Assembly (NCBI GenBank): GCA_052426225.1
Contig: JBNJNM010000006.1
Span: 2,108,001 to 2,172,000 of the forward strand
Length of the DNA stretch: 64,000 nt
Direction of reading: 5' to 3'
DNA from: Zancudomyces culisetae HAW-14-8
Taxonomy: Eukaryota > Fungi > Kickxellomycota
Under the pieces are notes generated by a model. The model had not been told where the DNA came from, searched no databases, and worked only from the letters and a program-made list of their open reading frames with translations. The position numbers and the translations under genes are program-made. Positions 1 through 12,499 of this stretch are shown piece by piece (positions within the stretch are counted from its first letter, which is position 1; each line of letters starts with the position of its first letter).

Positions 1-1082
1 GAAAACCATGGCAATCAGTTTCACTTGATTTTATAACAGACCTGCCTAAATCTTTAGGAAATACTACTATTTTGGTTATAGTAGATCGCCTAACTAAAAT
101 GGCGCATTTTATAGCATGTAAAAAACTTCCAACATCTATAGAAACGGCTAAATTATTTATAGACAACATCTTTAGGATACACGGAATGCCTAATTCAATT
201 GTATCTGATCGTGGATCTCAGTTCGTATCACGATTCTGGAAAGACTTCTTTAAACTCTTGAATGTTAATATAAATCTTTCAACAGCATATCATCCTCAAA
301 GTGACGGGCAAACAGAGAGAATTAACTTAATATTAGAACAATACCTAAGATGTTTTATAAATTATCAACAGGATAACTGGTCACAACTGCTGACCTTTGC
401 TGAATTTGCATATAATAATTCATACCATAGTTCAACTAAATTAAGCCCGTTTTATGCTAATTACGGGCTCCATCCAAATTTAAATACAAACTCAATATCC
501 AACTCTAATTTACCTAGTGCGCAAGACCTAATTATTCAGATTAAAGAAACACAAGATGTATTAAAAAATCAACTAGAGAAAGCTAAAAATAATTATAAAT
601 ACCAAGCGGATAAAAAAAGAACAGATTATGATGAATACAAACCAGGAATGAAAGTGTGGTTATCTCAAAAACACATACATTCAACAAGACCGTCTAAGAA
701 ATTAGATAATCTATTTATGGGACCATATGAAATAATATCCATGATAAACCCTGTTGCTGCCAAATTAAAATTGCCTTATTCACTTAAAATACACCCTGTA
801 TTTCATATCTCATTACTTAAACCATATATTAAAGACTCCATAAGAAAGACTAAACTAAACCCACCACAAATTGAAATCTTAAACGGCATACCAGAATACA
901 TAGTAAACAGAATACTAGATAGTAAAAGAATACATGGTAAACTTAAATACCTAATCGATTGGGAAGGGTATCCCCCGGAAGAAAGATCATGGGAATATGA
1001 GGAAGATGTGCATGCACCTATCCTAACAAAAAGATTTTATAAACAGTACCCTAACAAACCAAAACCCACACAAACAAGTTGA
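1..1082 (+). CDS. Pol C-terminus of element A: integrase (D,D35E) + GPY/F + chromodomain (5' partial)
   Basis: Motifs IVDRLTKM, IVSDRGSQF, HPQSDGQTERIN, GPYEI, HPVFHISLLKPY and EYIVNRILD...YLIDWEGY...SWE. Confidence 0.93.
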   Translation, partial: KPWQSVSLDFITDLPKSLGNTTILVIVDRLTKMAHFIACKKLPTSIETAKLFIDNIFRIHGMPNSIVSDRGSQFVSRFWKDFFKLLNVNINLSTAYHPQSDGQTERINLILEQYLRCFINYQQDNWSQLLTFAEFAYNNSYHSSTKLSPFYANYGLHPNLNTNSISNSNLPSAQDLIIQIKETQDVLKNQLEKAKNNYKYQADKKRTDYDEYKPGMKVWLSQKHIHSTRPSKKLDNLFMGPYEIISMINPVAAKLKLPYSLKIHPVFHISLLKPYIKDSIRKTKLNPPQIEILNGIPEYIVNRILDSKRIHGKLKYLIDWEGYPPEERSWEYEEDVHAPILTKRFYKQYPNKPKPTQTS

Positions 1083-1104
1083 GAAAGTCATTAAAGGAGA
1101 GTAA

Positions 1105-1372
1105 TGTCAGAATGACATATCTCCACACTTTCCCCACATAAATAAGATTATATTTGTCTCACAATATTATGGAGTTAATTTCAGACACATAGTATTGGTT
1201 ATAAATAACCACATATAAATTATATAAGATACTACACCATTAATTGTTATAGTAAATTTCATATATAACCCTAGCTAAAAGATTTTATCGCAACTCAGCG
1301 ATAAAATCATATTTCATAGTCCATAGTAATTTAAGCTTATAATAATAAAGTTACCTTAATATATTCTTGACA
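1105..1372 (+). repeat. 3' LTR of element A (268 bp)
   Basis: Starts TGTCAGA just after the PPT and ends TTGACA. Internal hairpin GATTTTATCG/CGATAAAATC near 1281-1308. Confidence 0.75.
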
Positions 1373-1375
1373 ATT

Positions 1376-1650
1376 TGTTATAAAACTAACTATACTGGTA
1401 CGCTGCAAAAATTTGTTTATTAGCGTATCTTTATTTACTATTTTTGAGGACGCAGATTCAAATATTACTACTTAAACGTATTTAAATAAAAACTATTATG
1501 ATGAATTGCCAAGAAATCTTGACTAAAAATAATTATAGATAAGAAATAAAATTGATAACTATTGAAAACTATTCCTTATCATATTCCCAAAAACCACAAG
1601 GGGAAAAAAATGGAATACGAAACTCGTAATTTCCAATAATTCATACGACA
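1376..1650 (-). repeat. Solo LTR S1
   Basis: Reverse complement starts TGTCGTATGA and contains TTTTTCCCCTTGTGGTTTTTG; both are shared with the solo LTR at 43441. Left boundary is less certain. Confidence 0.55.
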
Positions 1651-1652
1651 TT

Positions 1653-2038
1653 TGTCGTGTGTGTTTATAATACTTACACACACGCTAAGAAAGGACCAAC
1701 GTTGAACCATTGTCCTAAAGTGGCCTTTTCACCATTGTGGTTTTTGCTACAATTAGTGGTTCAACGTTGTCTATATTTTATATTTTATTACTATGTTTAT
1801 ATATTAATACTTTCATAATAGTATAAACTATTTTAGGAAAAAACCTTTAAATACGACGAAACAAGATTCTAAGGAATCTTGTTCGAAATTCACTCAAAAT
1901 CATAGCGTTTATATATTATTAAATAAAACAATTTATACTAAAAGACTATAAAAGAGTACCGAGCCAAAATTAATATATACTCAGTCTCGTCGTACTGTAG
2001 TATATAAATTATAATAAAAGTTTTAAAAACATACGACA
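1653..2038 (+). repeat. 5' LTR of element B
   Basis: TGTCGT...ACGACA termini; direct repeat of 12114-12499. Internal inverted repeats CAACGTTGAACCA/TGGTTCAACGTTG and ACAAGATTC/GAATCTTGT. Confidence 0.95.
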
Positions 2039-2043
2039 GAATA

Positions 2044-2061
2044 TGGTGATTCAGCCAGGAC
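2044..2061 (+). promoter_or_regulatory. Primer-binding site of element B (tRNA identity unresolved)
   Basis: TGGTGATTCAGCCAGGAC, 5 nt after the LTR; its complement ends in ...CCTGGCTGAATCA-CCA like a tRNA 3' end. Confidence 0.7.
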
Positions 2062-2125
2062 TCTTTTATTAGTCTAAAGGATAAATAATAAAATAAAATA
2101 ATAGTTTAAATTACTATAACATAAT

Positions 2126-5100
2126 ATGACAATACCAGAACCCAAGGCAAAGCCTAGCATGGCTATTTCTGAAGAAAAAAAAAGTATGGACAGCATGATA
2201 TTACAGCAACTCTGTAACATGCAAAGAGTGACTATGGAGCCAGAGAAGTTTAACCCGCTCGAAGAACTTGAACCTAAAAAGTGGTTAAAAAGATATGAGA
2301 TGGCAGCAATAAACAATGGATGGAGTGATGGAAATAAGATTGAAAAGCTTGATCATTACGTAGTCGGAAAAGCAAGAACATGGTATGATAGAATGTATAC
2401 ATCCTTTGCATCATGGGAGGATACTAAGCAGAAGTTTAATGAGAAGTTCGCAGGTGAGGAAGAAGAGTACAAAGCATGGAATGAAATGCAGGAGATAAGA
2501 CAGGAGGAAGGTGAAGACGTAGAATCCTTATCTATTAGAATAGATGTAACGGCAAGACGCGCAAACATTTGTGGCGATAAAGAAAAAATTAAATATTTAA
2601 TGAAAGCAGTAGCACCTAACCAAAGAAAACTAGTAATGAAAAGTAAAGTAAAAACATATGAAGAAGCAGTCAACTTACTAATTGAGGAAGAACTCGTGGA
2701 TAACATATGCTTCGATAACAGACCCCAAACTAGTAGTAAGAAGATTGAAGACAATGGAAGGGACAGACTGAACATACAGCCTTCTGATATTGAAACTCTA
2801 ATTGACAAATTTAATCAGATTAGTTCTTTTATGTTAAAAGAAATGAACGGATCCAGATTTAGATCATCACATACTTACAACTCACAGGAGAAGCGAGAAT
2901 ACCAAAAACCTAGGCCACACTATAATGGTAAAAACAGATCTTATGGTGATAGTCATAGAAATAATAATTGGGAACCAAAGGACCAACCACAAACTGAGAT
3001 GAGCCAAGGGAATGCTAAAGGACAAGCCCGAGGTACTACAGTAGCCGAGAAAGAGATCAATTGTCTGGAAGTTGAATCGTTTAGATCTAATCCAAATAGT
3101 ATAGATAATGAGGTTTATATCACAGATATAAGAAAAATTAACAAAAATACTGACTCAATAGTTGAAGAAACAAACCGTAGGAGAAAAAGGCCAAACCAAC
3201 GAATTGAAGCAGACTTGAGCGAAGAAGCTAATGAGGTACAACCAAGTCAGACCGTTGCAGAAACAGAGCCACAACAACATTTGAATTTATCACCAGGTAC
3301 AAATAGGTTGGGACAGGAACAAAACAGAGCAAACTATTCAAATAATAATTCTGTAATTAAACCTTACTCAATAATGGAAGACCTAGCAAAAGTGAAAGCC
3401 TCAATCAGTATTCCACAGTTAATAAATATCGCCCCTATAGTACAGACACAACTGGAAAGATTCAACAATAGGATTAACAACGAAAGGACTGTTGGCACAA
3501 TATCAAATCAAAAGACTACCAATTGCAAAACAAACGTACACATATATGGAAAATCAGTACCTACGGTTATTGACACGGGTGCAGCTTGTAGTGTGCTTGC
3601 AACGGCAATGGCAGATAAGCTTGGTATTTTTCCAGATATGGATCCTAACGAATACATAATAACAGCTGATGGTAGTAGACATATGACATTAGGAAAAGTC
3701 AGTAAATTACCGATAAGACTAGCAAATGTAGAGTTTGAAACTGAGGCTCTAATAATGGACTTACCAAATAACGTTCTTATACTGGGAATGGATTGGTTGT
3801 CTAAATTTACAGCACAAGTAGATTTGAGAACAAATAGTTTAACTATAACTAAAAACAATAACAAAGTAATGTTACCCCTACTAGTTAGCAAAGAGCTAAA
3901 CGCGCAAACTTGGGACAATGAATCTGAGAACTTGGAGCTATTCGGTATAGGAAAAGAAACTAAAGTTATCAAGGAAATATCAACAAAGATTGACGAGATA
4001 TTAGAAGACGTTATACATAAATACGCGGATCAGTTAGTAGAGGAATATACTGAACTTACAGTGACTAATGTTTTAGAACATTCAATAGACACTGGAGATG
4101 CTGCACCCATCAAACTAAAACCTTATCGGATCCCTAATGCAATGAAAGAATTAGTTCGAAAAGAAATAGAGTTAATGAAAAAGAAAAACATAATTGAACC
4201 GTGTTATTCAGATTGGAGTGCTCCCGTTGTCACAGTTTGGAAAAAGAATGGATCTTTACGATTATGTTCAGACTATAGAAAGTTAAATGCAGTTACTAAA
4301 AAAGATAATTACCCATTACCAGATATAAACGATATATTTGAAGCACTCACAGGTTCAAAAATTTTCAGTACACTGGACGCACTTTCAGGATTCTGGCAAG
4401 TCAAATTAAAGGAGGGGGATAAGCATAAAACCGCGTTCAGCATTCCAGGCGAAGGTTTATACTGTTACAATGTAATGCCCTTCGGTCTTTGCAACAGCCC
4501 TCCAACCTTTCAACGGCTGATGGAACGAGTCTTAGGTCCAGTTCTATGGAAGTGTGCAGTAGTATATGTTGATGACATTATTATATACTCCAAAGATATA
4601 TACTCACATGCCAATGATCTTGCCAGAGTATTTGAACTTCTTAAAGTTAATAGAATTAAATTAAACAAGAATAAGTGCACATTCGGACAAAGAAGATTAG
4701 AATATTTAGGTCATGTCATAACTGAGGAAGGATTCTCTACAAACCCAGAAAAAGTTATCGCTATGACTAATCTTCCTAATCCTAACAATGTTAAACAACT
4801 ACAATGTTTCTTAGGGACGTTTAATTATTACAGAAAATTTATTGAGAATTACACCAAAATAACTAAACCTCTAACATACTTACTAAGAAAAGACGTAGAA
4901 TGGGCATGGACGGTTGAATGTGAACAAGCAGTAAACCTCATAAAACAAAAACTTACCACTGCACCAATATTAGTTCACCCGAATTGGGACTTACCTTTTA
5001 TTATTACTACGGATGCATCTATTACCGGGATAGGAGCTATTTTAAGTCAAGAACAAAATGGTAACGAACACCCAATAGAGTTCAGAAGTAGAGGACTATC

Positions 5101-6075
5101 TAAAAGCGAAAGAAATTATTCGATTACTCACCTTGAAGGACTGGCAGTGATCTATGCAGTCAAACAGTTTAGGAATTATGTCTGGGGACATAAGTTTAAA
5201 ATCGTTACAGACCACTCTGCTCTTATCCGTTTATTTGATTCAAAGGAAGCTACTGGGCGTCTAGCCAGATGGGCAGTTATTTTAAAGGAGTATGATTACA
5301 CCCTTGAACACCGCAAAGGCAAAGACAACCCAGCTGACCTTCTATCAAGATGTCTTCCAACAGCCGGAGTAAGCAATAGTACATTTTTATTATATAAGGA
5401 GGAAGATAATAATTTAAAAATAAATAATGCAGATATTGAAGTAAAAGAACTAGATGTAGTCAAAAGCGAAAACGAAAACGAAAACGAAAACAAAAACGAA
5501 AACAAAAACGAAAACAAAAACGAAAACGAAAACAAAAACGAAAACGAAAACGAAAATAATGACAAAGTTAAAAAGAACAACAAAATACTAATGAATAAAT
5601 ACAAAGAGAATGCTCTCTTCACAATGGATATTCTAAAATATACGGCAATCAAAAATTTACTAACAAATAATACTTATCCCAATAATGCCGACGAGTTGTT
5701 TAGAAAAAAACTACGAATGCAAGCGAATAGATACAAGTTGATAAATAACGAATTGTTTAAGTTTTCAAGTAAATTTGGAAATAGACAAGTTTTGAACGAG
5801 TTAAATTCTAAAGAAACAATCTTAAAATACCATGAAGAAGACCATCTAGGAATTAATAACACTTGGGAAAAAATAAAACAGAAATTTACTGGTCCTAATT
5901 TATTTGAAATCACGAAATTGGTCGTGAATTATTGCGATTTATGTCAAAGATACAAAGGATCATCTTCAAATAACAACTTTTTCACACCCATTATTGCAAA
6001 AAATCCATTCGAAATTTTTGGACTTGATGTTATTGGACCAATCAACCCAATTTCAAAACAAGGAAATCGATATAT
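2126..6075 (+). CDS. Gag-Pol polyprotein of element B, part 1 (Gag, protease, RT, RNase H, integrase N-terminus)
   Basis: VIDTGAA protease; RT MPFGLCNSP and YVDD; RNase H TDAS...LEGLAV...TDH; integrase HHCC and GLDVIGP. The last few residues in the ORF track come from the C LTR. Confidence 0.93.
5468..5557 (+). repeat. In-frame hexamer microsatellite (GAAAAC/AAAAAC)x15 encoding EN/KN repeats in the RNase H-integrase linker of B
   Basis: Tandem repeat is directly visible and the reading frame is preserved. Confidence 0.95.
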
Positions 6076-6353
6076 TGTTGTAATGTCAACAACAATCTAA
6101 CGATGTTTACATAAGCCGTCCTAAAAATAGATATAACTTATAGGAACTAAAGAAGCCTGATAATGACAATAAATATAGAAAGGATAAAGAGACCTAAAAA
6201 GGGAGAACGGCTTTTGGCGGGGAAATATCTTTAGCATCTTAAATATCATTTTAGTATCTATTAACAGAAATATGGTGAGGACCTAGGGTCTGGAGAAACA
6301 CATAAACAAACAGCATATATTATCATAACAACACGTGGTCATTTACCACAAAT

Positions 6354-6365
6354 TGGTAGCACCAC
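6354..6365 (+). promoter_or_regulatory. PBS of element C, initiator-Met tRNA type
   Basis: TGGTAGCACCAC, 3 nt after the LTR; resembles the Ty1/Ty3 iMet PBS TGGTAGCGCC. Confidence 0.75.
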
Positions 6366-6373
6366 ATATTAAA

Positions 6374-7189
6374 ATGGCAGTAAACATATTAAAAGAAGCC
6401 AGCAACGGCCTGGTAAATATTAAATTATTCCGCGGTGAGGAGATAAACGCAGACTTCAAAAGATGGGTAAAGACAACATCAAGAACCCTAGACGCAGCAG
6501 GTATAGAAAAAGAAGAACAGAGAGTAAAATTGATACTTACATACATGGAAGGCAAAGCCGGATTAGCTAGAGATTCATATTATGCAGAACTTGACAATGA
6601 CAACCCAAAAGTATCAGAGATAGAAACCGTAGCAGGAATGATAGAATACTTTGCACCTACATTCAAACAAGAAAATGCAGAATTAAACTTAAGACAAAGG
6701 TTGTTAGACCTAAAACAGACGGGATCACTACAAGAATACATCCAGAAGGAAGAATTAATCGTGGGTTCCTCATCATTTGAAGGAAAATGGGAAAGAGCAT
6801 TTTTATTTATAAATGGTTTAAAAAAAGAAATATTGAAAGCAGTGATAGACCGAGCGCCAAAAGATTTCGAAGACGCAAAGAAACACGCCTTAGATTACAT
6901 CACTAAGGAGGAAACAACATTTTCAATGGTGAAATCAGCACAACCGGAATACATGGATATTGACACAATCAAGGTAAAACCTATAGAGACAACGGAAAAC
7001 CTATCATATGTTAGAACAGATCAAAGACAGCAAGTACGAAGAAATATAGTATATATTACAGTTGCAGGAGAACGAATACCAGTCGATACCTACTCGGATG
7101 AAGGAAAAAAATACTTTACAGCAAACCGACTATGTTTCAAGTGCGGAAGAAGCGGTCATATGGCTAACGTCTGCCAGTCAAAAGCCTAA
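6374..7189 (+). CDS. Gag of element C
   Basis: First ATG after the PBS; MHR-like LKQTGSLQEY, MDID motif and CCHC knuckle CFKCGRSGHMANVC. Confidence 0.88.
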   Translation: MAVNILKEASNGLVNIKLFRGEEINADFKRWVKTTSRTLDAAGIEKEEQRVKLILTYMEGKAGLARDSYYAELDNDNPKVSEIETVAGMIEYFAPTFKQENAELNLRQRLLDLKQTGSLQEYIQKEELIVGSSSFEGKWERAFLFINGLKKEILKAVIDRAPKDFEDAKKHALDYITKEETTFSMVKSAQPEYMDIDTIKVKPIETTENLSYVRTDQRQQVRRNIVYITVAGERIPVDTYSDEGKKYFTANRLCFKCGRSGHMANVCQSKA

Positions 7190-10100
7190 GGTTCCCTGTC
7201 TTTGGGTCGACAAGGAACCTCTACTCTTATGCACCCGAAAAAACAATAGTAACACTTTCCGACAATGGGTATCAAAAGCTATTTGACGAAATAGAGAAAG
7301 ACGAGATCGAATCGGAACGGATAAAGGCTATTCAAAATGAAAAGGACATTTCGAATAGAAGAAAAATAATAAATAACCATTTAAAAGCTAATAGATTTAA
7401 CAATTTATATTCAAATAATAGTTATAAGGATAATACATTTTTAAACAGAAAAAACAATAATAACAAAAAAAACACAAAAGATATAGTCATTAAAAATAAT
7501 AAAAATGAAACAGAAGAAATAAAAAATAAAAAAGATATAGTCAATAAAAATATTATAAATAAAACGGAAGAAATAAAAAATAATTAAAGATAAAAGATAA
7601 TAAGTTATTCCAAAATGTTAAACAGAATATAGCTAGTAACTCCGGAAACCTAGAGTGGAGAAGAACAAAAAACAAAATACTCGAAGATGAAATCGATTCA
7701 TCAACAAGTCAATCGAGTATAGACGACAGTACAGACAACAATTGGGCCGACAAGGAGTATGAATCCGATGGTCGAGTGAACGAACTGCTCGAAAGAACGG
7801 AGAATCTGAGATTATCAGACGATGAGGATCAAAAAATGGTCGATTTCGAAGAAATATTCGAAAATATGTACGAAGTCGGCAACCAGAACACGGACAATAG
7901 ACCGATGAGTAATGGCATTATAAACAATATTGGAGTAAAAATTTTATTAGACTCCGGCGCAACAACAAGTTTTATTTCAAATGAGTTATCAAAAAAACTC
8001 GGATTAATTGAAGAACCATCAACGCCTGTCAAGGCAAGAATGGCAAACGGTGTTATAACTCATGCGATAAAATGGTCATTACTGAAATCTCATTTGGCGA
8101 AGAATAAGTCAAGTTAAGTTAATAATTATTCAAGGGTTAAATGTGGAATGTTAATAGGGATTGATTTCTGGATAGAAAATAAGATTCATTTCGATAATAG
8201 TACAAGTATTTGTATGAAGATAATGATAATAAAGCAAAATAATAACTTTATAATGGCGCACAATTTGCCAGATTCGTAACTAGTAGAAACACATTAAACA
8301 AATACTTATAAATAGACAAGTTAGCGAGGTCTGGCCTATTATTTTTAACAAAAACGAACAATCAACCCAAGATAACAACCCACCCGTAGAATTAAAAAGT
8401 ATATTGGACAAATCAAAAGCTCATTTGATACAGAGCACATTGGTGGAAACGCGACTTTAGAAAAAGGCATAAATAGTATCATGGGATGCACTCCCATTTG
8501 CCAGACAGATGGACAGACACGGAGATAAACAGCTATAAAAAAGTTAAAGAACAAATAGAGGGGCTGGTAAAAAAGGGAATGATCAGACCTTCAACATCGG
8601 CTTGGGCTAGCCCAGTACTATTAGTAAAGAAAAAAGATGGTAAATTTCGTATGTGTGTAGATTATAGGGCGTTAAATAAAGTAACAATTAAAGATAGATA
8701 TCCATTACCTTTGATGGAGGATTGTTTCGATAGGCTAGGAGGGGCAAAATACTTTTCAGCACTGGATTTAAGCAGTGGATATCACCAAATAAGGATGGAC
8801 GAAGAATCAATAGAAAAAACTGCATTTGTATCTAGATATGGTAGTTATGAATATACGGTGATGCCATTTGGCTTATGTAACGCACCAAGTACTTTTCAGA
8901 GAATAATGAATCAAATTCTGCAAGAGTTTATCGATAAATTTGTAATTGTTTATTTAGATGATATATTAATATTCTCTAAATCTTGGGAGGAACATATGGA
9001 AAATATAAGACAAGTATTAAAAGAAATTGAGAAAAACAAATTAATTCTAAACAAGGAAAAATGCATTTTTGCAGTAACAAAATTAAATTTTTTAGGTCAC
9101 TTCATAGAAGACGGAAAAATAAAACCAAATAAAGAAAAAGTAGAAACGATTAGAAAGTGGATAAAACCAGATACGATTCAAAAATTATTATCATTTTTAG
9201 GATTATGCAACTATTATAGAAGATTTATACCTGGGTTCGCAGGAATTTCAAAGCCCCTGTACGAATTAACACACGGATACAAAAGTTTAAAGGACGAAGT
9301 TAAATGGACAAACGACGCAGTAGTAGCATTCGCTACACTAAAAGAAAAAATCTCAGATACATGTTACCTATACCCTCCAAATTGGGATAAAAAATTTATT
9401 TTGGAAACCGACGCAAGCGGTACTGCAATAGGCGCTGTACTATCACAAGAACAAGAGGTAGGAAAAGTCCCACTTGCTTTTGATTCACGAATACTGTCGC
9501 CTGCAGAAAAGAATTATTCGGTGAGAGAACAGGAAATGCTAGCAATTATCAACGCGTTTAAGAAGTGGCGACATTACTGCGAAAACGGTGTCCAGATATA
9601 TACAGATCATAAGACATTAACAGGAATTTTTGAAGACCAACAACCATCACATCGAATTGCGAGGTGGCTCGAGGAATGGCAACACATTTCACCAGAGGTG
9701 ATATATATTAAAGGGAGTAAAAATACCGTGGCAGATGCACTGTCTAGAAAAGAAAATATAGCTTCTATCAATTCTACAACGAGAGAATGGCCACTTATTA
9801 TTAAGGATTATCTATTTAACCCAGACATAGTATTGACAGTAGAAGAAAAAAATCTTATAAACAAAGAATCAAAAAATTTTAAATTAATTAATAACAAACT
9901 TTTTAGAAAAAATAATAATAAAAATATACCTTACATAGCCATAGGAGATAGAGTTGAACTAATCAAAGCTTATCATGTAAGCATAGCACACTTGGGCGTA
10001 AACAATACCATGAACATAATGCGTTTACGATGTTGGTGGCCGAACATGAGAGAACTGATCAGCAATACAATAGCAAACTGCGTACAATGTCAACTATCAA

Positions 10101-11101
10101 ACAAAACAAAAGGGTCAACGGCACCACTCCACCCTTTACCTGCCGCAGAGGATATATTTACAAGATGGGGAATAGACTTCGTAGGCCCTTTACCGAAGAC
10201 AAGAAGAGGAAACAAATGGATTCTGGTAGCAGTCGACTATTTAACTAATTGGGTAGTGGCACAAGCCACGGTAGATGCGACGGCACAAACAGTAGCTAAG
10301 TTTATTTACGAAAACATTCTATTAAATTTTGGTTGCCCGAAAGAAATAATAAGCGATAGAGGGAAGCAATTCACGTCAGAAGTGCTCGAAAATTACTTAA
10401 GAATAGTGAAAGTAAATCACAAATTAACAAGTGCATACCATCCAAGAACAAATGGGAAGACAGAACGGGTAAACGGAATTCTGTCAGGAGCTATAACTAG
10501 ACTAGCATCGCACTCTCGGACAAACTGGGATATATTCTTACCACAAGCTGTATGGGCCACCAGGATAAGAACACATAGGATAACAGGAATATCTCCCTAT
10601 TTTTTAGTGTTTGGGAAGGACCCTAGTCTACCAGGGGATACAATGCCTCCTGTTGTAAATGGTGAACAACACGAAAACAGACCAGATAATGTATGGGTAA
10701 ACCAGGCCAAAAGATTGAACGACCTAAATAACAATCGAGAAAAGGTTAAAGAAAACGTTAACAAAGCAGCTCAAAAAATGAAAAGCGTTTATGATAATAA
10801 GATTAAAACAACACTTTTTCAACCAGGAGAATGGGTTTTATTAAAAAAGTTCAATAGGAAGAAACTCGAACCGTACTTTGTAGGCCCTTACCTTATAATG
10901 AAGCGTACACCGTTTCACACATATCAACTGAAAGATCCATCAGGAGAAACATTGCCTGCACTTATACATCACGACAGGTTAAAAAGAGCAAACATCGAGC
11001 ATGAAAGATTTACTAGAAGATCATGGACAAAGTTCAATAACAGAGTGGATGAAATTTTAAATAAAGAGGGAGATGATGTTGTAATGTCAACAACAATCTA
11101 A
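7168..11101 (+). CDS. Pol of element C (N/K-rich leader, protease, RT, RNase H, integrase); frameshifted between ~7580 and ~8520 as given
   Basis: The -1 frame is open from ~7168 to ~7587. LLDSGAT at ~7945. ORF 8486-11101 has YLDD, ETDAS, HHCC, GIDFVGP, SDRG and GPY. Confidence 0.85.
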
Positions 11102-11327
11102 CGATGTTTACATAAGCCGTCCTAAAAATAGATATAACTTATAGGAACTAAAGAAGCCTGATAATGACAATAAATATAGAAAGGATAAAGAGACCTAAAA
11201 AGGGAGAACGGCTTTTGGCGGGGAAATATCTTTAGCATCTTAAATATCATTTTAGTATCTATTAACAGAAATATGGTGAGGACCTAGGGTCTGGAGAAAC
11301 ACATAAATAAACAGCATATATTATAAT

Positions 11328-12104
11328 AACTTAGTATCAGAAATTGTATCACATTACGGAGTACCCAAACAACTAATTACCGACAGAGGCTCTAATTTCT
11401 TGAGTGATGTGTCTACCGAATTTTATAAGTTTTTAGGAATAAATCATACTCCAACAACTTCGTATAGACCGAAATCAAATGGACAAGTTGAACGATACAA
11501 CCAGTTGATAAAAAATGTTTTGTCTAAAATATGTAAAAATGATAAAAGGAATTGGGACAAATATTTGTGGAAGACTTTACTAATTTTGCGAACTACCAAA
11601 AATAGATCAACTAACAAATCCCCTTCTGAACTATTATATGGAACATCTTTAACTACACCCATTACTTTTAACACTATAGATACGAATGTAGATTTAGAAG
11701 AATCTATTATAGAACGAACAAAAATTACCGAAAACGAACTTCCTTACCTAAGAGATATAGCAGTCGATAAAGTTACTAAAAACAAAGAGTATGAAAAGCG
11801 TAATTACGACAAGAAGGTTGTTGAAAAGATATTCGAATCGGGGAATTTAGTTTTAAAATTTAACGAAGTAGTAAATTCAAAATTTGACGAAAGATGGAGT
11901 GGACCATATCTTATAGTACGACCAAATGGAAAGGGGACATACATAATAAAGGACACTGACGATAACTACGACATTGTCAACGGTGATCGACTAAAAATTT
12001 ATAACAACGAAAACGGAATTCCTATAGTTAGTTCTAGCAATTTACAATCTTCCATAGGCGACCAACGAGGTATGAAAAATTTGACCGGTACGATCATTCC
12101 TTGA
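11328..12104 (+). CDS. Gag-Pol of element B, part 2 (rest of integrase)
   Basis: Frame resumes LVSEIVSHYGVPKQLITDRGSNF...YRPKSNGQVER...WSGPY and ends at the PPT. Confidence 0.9.
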   Translation, partial: NLVSEIVSHYGVPKQLITDRGSNFLSDVSTEFYKFLGINHTPTTSYRPKSNGQVERYNQLIKNVLSKICKNDKRNWDKYLWKTLLILRTTKNRSTNKSPSELLYGTSLTTPITFNTIDTNVDLEESIIERTKITENELPYLRDIAVDKVTKNKEYEKRNYDKKVVEKIFESGNLVLKFNEVVNSKFDERWSGPYLIVRPNGKGTYIIKDTDDNYDIVNGDRLKIYNNENGIPIVSSSNLQSSIGDQRGMKNLTGTIIP

Positions 12105-12113
12105 GGAGGGGGT

Positions 12114-12499
12114 TGTCGTGTGTGTTTATAATACTTACACACACGCTAAGAAAGGACCAACGTTGAACCATTGTCCTAAAGTGGCCTTTTCACCATTGTG
12201 GTTTTTGCTACAATTAGTGGTTCAACGTTGTCTATATTTTATATTTTATTACTATGTTTATATATTAATACTTTCATAATAGTATAAACTATTTTAGGAA
12301 AAAACCTTTAAATACGACGAAACAAGATTCTAAGGAATCTTGTTCGAAATTCACTCAAAATCATAGCGTTTATATATTATTAAATAAAACAATTTATACT
12401 AAAAGACTATAAAAGAGTACCGAGCCAAAATTAATATATACTCAGCCTCGTCGTACTGTAGTATATAAATTATAATAAAAGTTTTAAAAACATACTACA
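12114..12499 (+). repeat. 3' LTR of element B
   Basis: Direct repeat of 1653-2038, following the PPT. Confidence 0.95.

Larger units (their letters stand above)
1..1372 (+). mobile_element. Element A: 3' part of a Ty3/Gypsy chromovirus (Tf1/sushi-like), truncated by the window start
   Basis: Integrase core and chromodomain ORF, then purine tract TTAAAGGAGAG (1091-1101), then an LTR bounded by TGTCA...TGACA. Confidence 0.9.
6076..11330 (+). mobile_element. Element C: Ty3/Gypsy LTR retrotransposon nested in the integrase of B
   Basis: 5' LTR 6076-6350 (TGTTGTAA...TTACCACA), near-identical 3' LTR 11077-~11330 lacking its last ~20 bp, PBS at 6354, PPT AAAGAGGGAGA at ~11063-11073. Confidence 0.93.
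1653..12499 (+). mobile_element. Element B: full-length Ty3/Gypsy LTR retrotransposon with a single gag-pol ORF, interrupted in integrase by element C
   Basis: 386-bp LTRs at 1653-2038 and 12114-12499 (2 mismatches seen), PBS at 2044, PPT GAGGAGGGGG at 12103-12112, domain order PR-RT-RH-IN. Confidence 0.95.

Noticed and set aside
6264-6290. PBS-like ACAGAAATATGGTGAGGACC inside the C LTR, resembling B's LTR-PBS junction
   Set aside because: Short AT-rich match present in both C LTRs; the true end and PBS lie further downstream.
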